Shown here in pieces: positions 52,849 through 64,000 of a stretch of DNA of 64,000 bases. Below the pieces are notes generated by a model, which made no database searches, was not told where the DNA came from, and saw only the letters and a list, made by a program, of their open reading frames with translations. Every line of letters starts with the position of its first letter. Position 1 is the first letter of the stretch. The stretch is from Eledone cirrhosa (taxonomy: Eukaryota): NCBI GenBank assembly GCA_964016885.1, contig OZ024741.1, forward strand, positions 347,882,001 through 347,946,000, read 5' to 3'. A program made the position numbers and the translations under genes.

Positions 52849-54618
52849 TGTAATCAAATAATAATACCAAGAGACTTAGATTTTCAGATAAATTATAAGT
52901 TTTGATGAAAATGTCAAATCTGTAATATTTTAGTCTATCATATTTAAGTTCACCCATTCTCAGAATTCTACCATTCGTCATCATAACTATCAATCAGAGA
53001 GGCTATTGAATTACATATTAGATGCGATGCTCAACCAGCTCTTCCTTGACTGATACCTATATAACTTAGATGAAGATGTTAACGTTTGTAGTTAAATTGT
53101 GCGGTGTTCTACCAAATGTGGTGTGTACTATAGATGGGGCATCGAGTAAGCCTCTTGTTTGCCATATACTCTTCTAGATAATACAGCAAAATCACAGCCA
53201 ATATATGTCCTACCTTTTGCAGAAGATGGGTGGAATCGTTGGATAATGAAATTTCACCATTGACTGGCTGGTATAGAAGTGAAGTTTGCGTATGCATTAG
53301 ATGCTCTTTCATTTATAACTCATCAATGAAGGCTATCCAAAATGTGTAAATAAACAAAGGCACAGTAGCAATACCACCAACAAATACAACGATAAATAGA
53401 TAATAACGGCAATTATCAGTTCTAACATTATGCTAAAAATGCCTTATTTTGGAAATTATGTATAAACAATAAGGACAAGCTGTTTTCTGTTTTTATCAAT
53501 CTAGGGGAGCATATTACTGGAGATATTGTACAGAAAAAAAAAGATAAATGAAAACAGAAAAACGCTTTAACCCTGTCTTCAAATTGTGTTATTTTCAATA
53601 TGTTTTGTGTTACATGAAATGTTGCTAGATTTTACGATTACAGGTAGAAGATCTAGGATTAATTGCATTGAAATACTATATACGTTTGAAGATTGAGAAA
53701 ATTGCCAGACAGCACATAGTTATAAAAAGAAAACCCTAGTCGTTCAAAAGTTTGCAGCAAATAAATAATCTCAATGTATTCAGAATAACCCGTGATCCGA
53801 ATTTAGTTAGTAAAATCCTATGTGTTAACGTGGTCTACTAGGAACAGCATCAAATGTCAATCAAGTTAGATAAATATATCTAACATATTGTACAGCTCGA
53901 TGCCAAAGAATTAGTTGGCAGTTTTTCCTCGGTTGTATTTGATCATAATTCTATGGGATCTGGACTCATCCGAATATATTTAAAGTTGACAAAGCATTAT
54001 TTACGTAAGATTTAAGAGACGTTTCATTGATATATCATCAATATCAAGTGTAGAGGATCCCACACTTGTTGGGTAGCTTTCGATGCTCAGCAAATTATTA
54101 TCATAAAATGCATGAGAATTATTTTATTCTGAACAAATGATTTTAAAGTTAACTCATATGAAATAAATGCATAAAATATGAAGGCATTCTACTATATACG
54201 CACATGCTACGAAGGTCAATTTATCACGGAGAAAATTCATTAGTTATATGTGTATAATTGCTATATGAGACATGCGTTTGATTATATGCTACGAAGAGGC
54301 AGAGAATCGATGCAGCAATCGCTCACTCCCATATTTGCTATGCCTTTACGAAACGATATTTTTAATATTTCACTTTATCATCCAAAAGTCAATCAATAGA
54401 AAGGAAAGTATTTGTCTTGCTTGGCAACGCAGAGTGGTTTCAAGACAGTTTAATTGACTGTAGCTGGAAACCAGAAAACCAGCAGTTGATATGCAGAACC
54501 CCAACCTTCTTTTTCTGTGGTCTAGCGTGTCAGGTTGTAGTTAAACACTTACTCACAAGAACGCTGGACTGTAGCAATAAATCGCTTTCCAATACCCTTA
54601 ATACACACAAACACACAC

Positions 54619-54685
<67 letters not shown>

Positions 54686-54713
54686 ATCAAAAGATGGTTA
54701 AAAGAGTTCCATG

Positions 54714-54783
54714 TATTTTATTATGCGCATTTCAAAAACAAATATCATCGTGTAATAACATTGTGTTTTCATCAGATAAAATA
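54714..54783 (-). ncRNA. minimal type I hammerhead (left arm)
   Basis: Reverse complement of the 56012-56082 motif with an intact core. Confidence 0.85.
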
Positions 54784-56011
54784 GGAAGATATGATATGAA
54801 GGTTAACAAACACTTGTGGATAGTTCAGTTTTAAATCAACATATGAAAAGTAGTTTTAGATTGATGTGTGATATTGGGGAAAAAAGATTTTGAGTGGGGG
54901 GAGGTTGGAAAGGATGAAAAAGAGGAGGAGATGAGAGTAAAACGTGGAGGGGGAGGAGTATAATGAGGAAGGATGAGATAGGAGGAGAGATGGGTGATAG
55001 AGAGAGAGAGAGACGCACTGACTTGTTTTCTCTCTGCTTGCATAAATTCCACAGAACATTCCATAAAGTATACAGCTTATATCCTAAACTTTATCAATTC
55101 AGAATCCTTTTCTCAAAGGCACACACACATATATATATACTTCTTTAAAAATATACCCATCTTTCTACCTTATTTCAAAGTTATTTATTATACATTATAT
55201 AATACTTGTTACTCATTCTATATCACTCCTATTTATCACTTCCATTTCTTCCTTTCCCTTTTCTTTTCTTTTTCTTTTAATTTCTAACACCTAATCTGTA
55301 CCTTTTCTCACTGTGCCTAACATAGAAACCATTATTACACAATTATTACACAATACAATATATTCTTACTTTATATCACCTTGAAAAAATCCTTCGTAAA
55401 CATAAACATTTTTTTGACGTTAGATTATTCATCCTCAATTCATTATTTTTTTCTCACTTTCATGTTTCATCCTATCTTCTACTTTTTTCACAATATAACC
55501 TTACTTACATTACTATTGCTATTTTTAATAATACATATCAACATTTTCTTTCCATCGCACATATTATTAAACCCTTAAATATTATTCTTAATACATATTA
55601 ACAATTTCTTTTCATCGTACATATTATTAAACCCTTAAATATTATTCTTAATACATATTAACAATTTCTTTTCATCGCACATATTATTAAACCCTTCAAT
55701 ATACAAACCTTAACTTTACATTATTTTTCTCTTCGTTAATTTTAAAGTTCTTTTAATTTATACATTATCTTCCAACGGTTTTCAGTTATAAAAGCTATCT
55801 CTCTCTATCCCCCATCTCTCCTCCTATCTCATCCTTCCTCATTATACTCCTCCCCCTCCACTTTTTACTCTCTTCTCCTCCTCTTTGTCATCCCCCCCCC
55901 CCTCAACATTTTTCTCCCCAATATCACACATCAATCTAAAACTACTTTTCATATGTTGATTTAAAACTGCACAATCCACAAGTGTGTTTTAACCTTCATA
56001 TCATATCTTCC

Positions 56012-56082
56012 TATTTTATCTGATGAAAACACAAATGTTATTACATGATGATATTTGTTTTTGAAATGCGCATAATAAAATA
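56012..56082 (+). ncRNA. minimal type I hammerhead (right arm)
   Basis: tattttat-CTGATGA-aaacacaaatgttatt-acat-gatgatatttgttttt-GAAA-tgcgca-TA-ataaaata. Stem I is a perfect 8 bp, stem II is long and stem III is palindromic (dimer-type). Predicted cut after 56074. Confidence 0.85.
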
Positions 56083-56205
56083 CATGGAACTCTTTTAACC
56101 ATCTTTTGATCTTATATATTATGTATACTCCAGTCCTACAAACTGTAGAGTGCTTCTTATCCGATATCTGCATTGCTTTATTGTACTACAATAAAACTTA
56201 CCTCC

Positions 56206-56600
<395 letters not shown>

Positions 56601-57006
56601 ATGTGTGTGTTTGTGTGTATTCGTATATATGGCCCTATTTGGCACACATTCATATATAAATATATATATACATGTAATATTTAGATGCACACATACATAC
56701 ACACCACACACACACACGCGCATATATATACATGCGTGTGTGTGTTTTTTTTGCTCCTCCATCAGGCTGTGTTGGCCACACTGTGTGTGGTGTTAGGCTT
56801 ATATACTGCAACCTACCTCTTTATTTATGCTATTTAGAGAGAGAGAGAGAGAGGGAGTAGGAAAAAGGAACGTGACTAACAGACGAATAGATAAAGATTG
56901 GGAGAGAAAGAGAGAGAAAGCGAGTGAAATAGAGAAAGAGAGAGAGAGAAAGACAGAGAAATAAAGATAGATAGATAGAGAGAGAGAGAGAACGAGAGAG
57001 AGAGAG

Positions 57007-57068
<62 letters not shown>

Positions 57069-57415
57069 TGAGAGAGAGAGAGATTGTGATAATTAGATAA
57101 GGATACAGAAGAATACCTCTTAGGATTTCCATAAAAATATCACATATAGCTTATTATAAACGTTGTGTAATACAGATTACATTTAGACGAGTAGTTGTAG
57201 AATATTCAGTGTTTATTACCTTCTATCATTATTAACGTGAATACTTTATCTATGAGTTAAGGGGTTCTAGGTTAGATCATAGTGAATACAGCACAGTATT
57301 AAGGGTCATAGATTATTCGTTCAATACAAAATTTCGTAGAATATCGGCAACATTCACAATGCAGTTCAAATTAATATTGATACCATTGTTTTATGTACTG
57401 CTGCACGTCATGCTG

Positions 57416-57520
<105 letters not shown>

Positions 57521-57566
57521 AATATGTATATATATATATATATGCATATATGTATATATATATATT

Positions 57567-57697
<131 letters not shown>

Positions 57698-57772
57698 ATG
57701 TTATATATATATACATATGTATATATATGTACATATGCATATATATATATATACGTATATATATACATATGC

Positions 57773-57806
<34 letters not shown>

Positions 57807-58095
57807 GTGTGTGTGTGTCAATATCTCCATATATTTAGATGTATACATCTATGTATACATATATACACATATGTGGTGTGAGAATAGATGTGTTTGTATT
57901 ACAAAGATTGCAACGGATTCCAACTTAACTTTATATAGTTTACTCAATTCTTAAATCGATTCATATGTACACATACATAAACCATCTCCCGTTAAGTTTC
58001 TCTTCATCTATTTCTTTCTATGCTTCTATCCATCTTTGTGTACATAAAGACACACGCACAAACACACAAACACCGCCCCCCCCCCACACACACAC

Positions 58096-58161
<66 letters not shown>

Positions 58162-59359
58162 TATAAATATACGTATTTATATGCATATATATATATATTT
58201 GGGTGTATGTGTGTGAGGAAGCAAATGTGTATGTGCGAGTGTGCATACATCAATGTATATGTGAGTGTATGTGTATATGCATGTATGCGTACATATATAT
58301 TTGTGTAAGTGTGTACTGGTTAAAAGTCTTGAAATAGTATTATTTGGCATTCTCGCAAGTCTAATTATTTAGATGTGAGTTGATCATAGCTTAAACATTT
58401 ACAGCTGTACTCATGTATGTTTGTTATATAAAAACAGAGTGTGAAATTTGAGATCGTCGATTTCCTAACGCAAAACCTAGCCCAAAGTAGTTTAAGTAGT
58501 TTATCACTACTGATACAAGTTGTGTAAAATTGATGGATAACAAGACGTTATACGTGCACTATATGCAAACTAGCATTTCCATAAATGTAGACATTTTAGA
58601 AATACAAAGAAGTTATCAACTCATTTTTACCCCGTATCTTGAAATATCCGCAGCGAGATTTATGTGTGATCATTTTATATCAATAGATTGCAAACAACAG
58701 GCAGAGAAATACAATATGCCAATCTGTTTACAACTTGTCACTCAATTTTACTTTTTACTTATATTAATATATTACAGGAATATTGACATAATTCTTTGAG
58801 AGCATGCGGTTATTAATGCCATAGGTTACTACCATTTCTAGCCATAAAATCAGAGGAATGTTATAAAAAAATAAACAGTAAAATAATAGAATCCGACTTA
58901 TTTCATTTCAAATATATGTTGTTTTTACTAACCCATGTTCGTATAAATGTCGTACTTGTTTTGGTATTCAATATGACCCCCCCCCCCCCCCCCCACACAC
59001 ACACTTATAATATTGTTAGCCTGTCTCAATCTTGAGCTATTTTTCTAAGGTGATTATCAGTTTGATTGATATTGCTTTATTTCAATCGCTGTTGAATTCC
59101 ATTTTTACTTTTCATCTGAATAATTTGAAATGTATTCAAATTAAATGTTAATCTGCTAATATTACACCTAGAATGCTAATAATTCTTATCTTAAATTGAA
59201 ATAGAATATCTAAGGAAATAATTTGCCTTCCAGAAATTTGGAAATAAATTAGTACATATTAGCCTCTGAAAATGTTTGTAGGTATTTATACATTCATATT
59301 TTTTACTTTAATATTATATATATCGTATAAATAATTTAAGTAGCTTCTATTATGTGAGA

Positions 59360-60241
59360 CTAGCAGAGTACTCGGCATTGCACGGGATAAGATGTTTTGG
59401 AACGCGGGCCGCCAACAGACCTAATCGTGGAAAAACTGCATGCCTTGACAATATGTAAATAAAATAAACTGAATACTCTGATGGCTGGATAATCTTTAAG
59501 ATTTTCTTCGATGAAGCAGGAAAAATTCAGGTTTTCACCTAATGCGGGCCCTAGTGGATCAAGAAAATGAATTTTTTCATGTGCATAATATGCCTTGAAA
59601 TTTTAGGAAAATCGGCTAGACGTATGGCCTCCAAAAAGCCCTAAAACGCTGAAAAATGAAGTTGTTCACCTAGGCCATAAAAAGTTGGATTTTCTTTGCT
59701 CACAGTATGAAGAATGACTGACTAATACATAGTTACAATTTCAAGGAAATCAGTCTGACGTAACGACTCGAAAAATCCCTAAAAACCTTTAAAAAATGCA
59801 GTTTTTCACATAGGGGATCAAAAAGTTGAATTTGTTTATGTGCATAACACTCCCTGAAATATAAGTAATACACATGTAACGTTTGAAAAAATCTGTTGGG
59901 TACCGAGTTTTAGGGATTCAAACTCACAGACACACACACACATCCTCAGTGAAGTGACGTAATGCAGACAGCCAGACATACAGGCAGATATTATAAGGGC
60001 GCGACGTTATATGTATGTATCTATCTAAAAAGAAAAAGACTAAGAATTATAGAGAGAGATCGCTAAATCGCCTAATGCCCGTCCCTAGGGCAATGAAATT
60101 TTGAAATTCATTTTGCTCAGAACACTGTCTGAAACATAAGTATTACATGTGTAAAGTTTGAAAACAGTCGGTTGGGTGCTTCTCGAGTTTTAGGGATTCA
60201 AACTCACACACAGACAGACACCTCAGTTTTATATATATAGA
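59360..60241 (-). mobile_element. compound non-autonomous Helitron
   Basis: The minus strand has 5' TCTATATATATAAAACTGAGG and 3' cccgtgcaatgccgag-tactctg-CTAG|T. A duplicated terminal-like block gagttttagggattcaaactcaca occurs at ~59905 and ~60185. Confidence 0.75.
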
Positions 60242-60768
60242 CTAGCAGAAAACCACACATAGGCGGTTTTCTGCTAGTATATATATATTACACACACAGA
60301 AATGTATATATATTTCTGTGTGTATATATATATATATTACACACACAGAAATGTATATATATTTCTGTGCGTATATATATATATATTACACACACAGAAA
60401 TGTATATATATTTCTGTGTGTATATATATATATTTCTGTGTGTGTATATATATATATATATATTACACACACACAGACATGTATATATGTTTTTGTAGCA
60501 CTCCTCAATTCCACCCTCTCTCCCTTCCGCTATCCACTCTCTCTCTACGCGTGCGCAAAAAACATTCGCACGCGCGCACGTGTTTTAGCGCCTATTCACT
60601 CTCTCTCTCTCCCTCTCTCCCTCCAGCTATCCCCCTCTCGTAGTCTGTCTCTTTCTTTCACTCTCACTCTCTCTCAACGCGTGCGCAACAAACATTTGCA
60701 CGCACGCATGTGTTTCCACTGTCGGACAGACAGACAGAGAAATTGCTGGTTATATATTATAAGGAGAT
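60242..60768 (-). mobile_element. second non-autonomous Helitron abutting the first, with palindromic 40-bp minisatellite
   Basis: The minus strand has 5' A|TCTCCTTATAATATATAA and 3' hairpin ctagcagaaaacc..ggttttctgCTAG|T. Units acacacagaaatgtatatatatttctgtgtgt repeat about 4 times at 60290-60480. Confidence 0.7.
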
Positions 60769-60778
60769 AATGCTATAA

Positions 60779-60970
60779 TGGCGGGGGATTGGCAGTATCG
60801 GTAGAGGGTCGGACGCCATGCTTTGCAGCACAGTTACGTCCCTTTTCGGACTGAGTTCAAATCCCGCCGAGGGTAACTTTGCCTTTTATCCTTACGGGGT
60901 CGATAAAATAAAGTACCAGTAATACACTGTGATTATCTCTGGCCTTGTGCCAAAAGTAAAACAATTATGT
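60779..60970 (+). mobile_element. tRNA-derived SINE
   Basis: TGGCAGTATCGG A-box, GAGTTCAAATCC B-box and GGGGTCGATAAAATAAAGTACCAGT body. Confidence 0.88.
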
Positions 60971-63299
60971 TAGATAATGACGCTACGGAATTGATTGCAA
61001 TGGTAGAATGTGCGATCGGATTTCATTTTGTAATATGTTTCACGTCTAAAAATTGGGAATCGATCATCGCGTGCGCATGTCCACATAGATTGTTGAAATA
61101 TATGTCATTAATATTTCAGTAACATAAATGCGAGTGGATGATTTTAGAGTAACATAAAGAAAGTAATATGCAGTAAGAGAAATTCAGGGAGCCGAAGTTT
61201 TGAAAAAACAAACAAGTGTTTTATTATTTTTTTATTTTTCTATTTGTATGTTTGCTAGGTCGACATCACACCGATGAATATAAAGTGGACGAAACGAGTG
61301 ATTTGTACATACCTGAATGAATTAGACATAAACCCATTCTAATATAGGATACAAATGTCGAGTCGAAAATAGAGACAACCAATAGATGGTTGATATTTCG
61401 CTAAATCTTCCGACTGTCCTTTCTCCCTATAATGTCTCTGTGTGGAACAGTAATTTTTTATGAGGTTCATCTGTATTTTGAATTATGTTTCCATATATAC
61501 ATGTATATTTCGCTTGTGTTAAAAGCTTGGCTTTGAATTTCGCTTTACGAATGATGCTGTAATTCAGAACCAGGCTAAAATTATTTACTTCTGGAAAGGA
61601 ATTTACAGTAGTTATTTACATTACAATGACAGAAGCTTAGCTTGTCATTGATAATTTATATACCAGTCATATTCTGCAGCGATGTAACTCTATGTATCTT
61701 GGGCTAATATAGTTAAAGTTGACATTTCTAAATATAAATAAATATATATTTGTCGACTGATTCAGACGCAGTCGTAGTTGCTGAGAAAGTGACTTTAGAA
61801 GAATAGCTATATATATACACTGTAATTCTTAAATGATTGATACCTTTGCAAAACCCAGCATTACTGGTTGGTTTGGGTCATATTACTACATGACGGTTGC
61901 CGCCAATTCGATGAATATTCCAATTACATTTAACAAATAACGATTCATGATTAACTGAAAGTGAATATAATCAGAATCAATATGGAGATCTACTATAATT
62001 GCATCATGCTAATATGTAATTAAGGGCAGACGCACACTTAATAAACAATTATCTGTCTACAACAAACGCTTGGAACTAACAATATTGAAATTAGTTCTTT
62101 ACTGTTTGCAGCAGCGGGATGTCATCTCCTCTACTCCGTTACTAAGAAGCAACTAACAACGTACATATTATCTATTGCTTTTAAACATTAATTGAATAAA
62201 TTCCTGATAATTGAACATTGTGTTTAATGTCAGAATTTTAACAATTCTTTGCAAATATATTTCCATAAAGCTGTTGTATATCAGGTGATTGCAATGACCT
62301 CTCCTCATAATTTTATCTGATTCTGTCGTGGTCGTGTCTTGGGGGCTTCAATTAATCCTGATCAAATTTCCAAAGAGAAAATCTAATGTAATTAATTAAT
62401 TCTAATAGACTTATCTGTTTACATTAGGTTTCATTATGAAATATAGATAACAATATGATCCTATCGTGATACGATGCATTGAATTGTGTATCAATAGAGG
62501 TTGCTTTGATATTGTGAAAGGAAACGATTCCGCAGAATATATTCCGAGATAAAATATTTTGATAGCATTTTCTTTTAGATATTATATAATTATATTTTGA
62601 TATATTTAATCTTTAACTATATAGTTTCTTTTTTTTCTATTTCAGTTGAATATATCGTAAACAAATCCATCCTATATTTGTATTTGTGATTTACTATATT
62701 TCGCCTTACTTTATTCACTATCTGCTTTGAAGTATGGGAAGCTTTGTGTTGTTGCCGCAAACTAGAATCAATTGCTTGTTTACTAGTGAAAAAAATGTGA
62801 AGAAACCCTGCTGAATGATAGTAAATGCCTCGACTCCAAAGAAGGGTGTTCATACAAGTTTTACCTCTTAGCAATAGCATTTACATTCCCTTCAAATCAC
62901 ATACGGTTTGCATCAAATTTGATAAAACATGAATTTAATCTTATGATTTTGAATGAAACACTACAAAATGTAATCCTAGATATGGTATGGTTGAGGTGAT
63001 GTTAGCGTCGGGAATGTCTTTGCTCTCGGATGATCTGCAGCTAATTAAAATCAGAAAAGAAGATGTAAAGCCAGTGATGTTAAATATGTATATTTAATGA
63101 AAATATAATGTCATTATCGTAGAATTCATGTTAGGCGTTCAAGAAATTGCATCATGTCATGTTTTGTGGTGTTTACATTTGTTTTGAAATCAAATTTCTT
63201 TGTGCCTATAAAATTAACTCAATTATGCTCGCTTAATTCCAGTATATCACTTCAGAGTTTTCAGGAGTCTTTCTAGAAAGGATAATCATTACATTTATC

Positions 63300-64000
63300 A
63301 TCTTAGTCATCATGAACACCATCCTCATCGTTTAGAGCGGCTACAAGATGTACATGTCTCCGGGTCATTCTACATCGGCAGTCGGAGTCATTGCGTTGTT
63401 TACGAAAAGTATGGATTTCGTGATAAACACTCTTAACAAAATGGCGAGACCTTCAGACAATTTCCCGTCTTGGCCCAAATAACTTCGGTATTAAACAGAT
63501 TTCATCAGGTGTCAGGAGGAGTTTCCATCAACGTTATGTAATTTAATGCTGGGTCGATAGCAGGAAGGCATTCTGTAATCAAGAGCGGGGAGGTAAGCGA
63601 AAAGCCAAACAGGTTATCTTCATTTTTCGTGACAACATTTACCTATAGTCATGAATCTTGGGTAATGACCGAAAGAATACGATTGTGAAAAAAACCGGTC
63701 GAAAAGTAATTCCTCCAAAGGGACTTTGGAGTAAAGTTACTCGATAAAATGCGTGGCTTGGATATCTGAGATCCACTCTAAATCGAGCGGATACTTCTCT
63801 GAATAGAGAGATCCCTGCTCCGATACTGTGGGCCTATCGCTAGAATATGTCAGAAAATAATTTCTGGACAGTTTTACGAGCAAAGCCAACCGGCAGGAGA
63901 CCCAGGGGTAGACCCCAACGAAGATAGCTGGATAACATCCATGGGCTTGTCTGGTCTGACTTGGGGATCCAGCCGGATCTGTTAGAGATGGTTGCTTCAT
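63300..64000 (+). pseudogene. RTE LINE C-terminal fragment running off the window
   Basis: The + strand reads FVTTFTYSHESWVMTERIR...GVKLLDKMR...IERSLLRYCG...KPTGRRPRGRPQRR*LDNI, the classic RTE GxRxRGRP..RW motif, with stops. Confidence 0.8.

Larger units (their letters stand above)
54680..56118. mobile_element. 1.4-kb fold-back element with ~330-bp inverted arms and outward hammerheads
   Basis: 54680-55012 is the reverse complement of ~55797-56118. The pyrimidine/AT-rich spacer contains a 60-bp unit repeated 3 times (55530-55702). (TA)n lies on the left. Confidence 0.9.

Noticed and set aside
53100-53420. Minus-strand FTSIPASQW peptide plus a hydrophobic stretch reminiscent of a K+ channel pore helix
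   Set aside because: It is followed immediately by a stop, has no TVGYG filter and no exon structure, so it is likely chance.
60290-60480. Regularly spaced palindromic ~32-bp repeats resembling a CRISPR array
   Set aside because: The spacers are just (TA)n rather than unique sequences, there are no cas genes, and the context is eukaryotic. It is a minisatellite inside a Helitron.
63737-64000. Minus-strand 87-aa ORF at the window end
   Set aside because: It is antisense to a recognisable RTE LINE fragment on the + strand.

Overview
AT-rich, microsatellite-saturated animal genomic DNA with no recognisable intact host gene. The SINE and repeat landscape resembles a coleoid cephalopod such as octopus, which is an inference. 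Almost all ORF-track entries are translations of (TA)n, (CA)n or (GA)n repeats. The window holds decayed transposons: RTE, R4/Dong-like, CRE-like and Tx1/L1 LINE fragments, one mariner, several non-autonomous Helitrons, about 7 tRNA-derived SINEs, and three 5'-truncated Penelope-like elements (PLEs) with GIY-YIG endonucleases. The dominant hidden structure is a large population of small non-coding fold-back or tandem elements inserted into (TA)n tracts. Their arms carry hammerhead ribozyme (HHR) motifs reading outward, about 20 in all, many degenerate. The most striking item is at 7.4-9.4 kb: four copies, in two subfamilies, of a hammerhead whose three core strands are in a non-circularly permuted order (UH strand, then GAAA strand, then CUGANGA strand). 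It is supported by compensatory base changes, a C/D-type kink-turn in extended stem III and an extra 5-bp pseudoknot. Two copies lie 526 nt apart in a retrozyme-like tandem. All RNA structures were derived by eye and are untested, and element boundaries are approximate.
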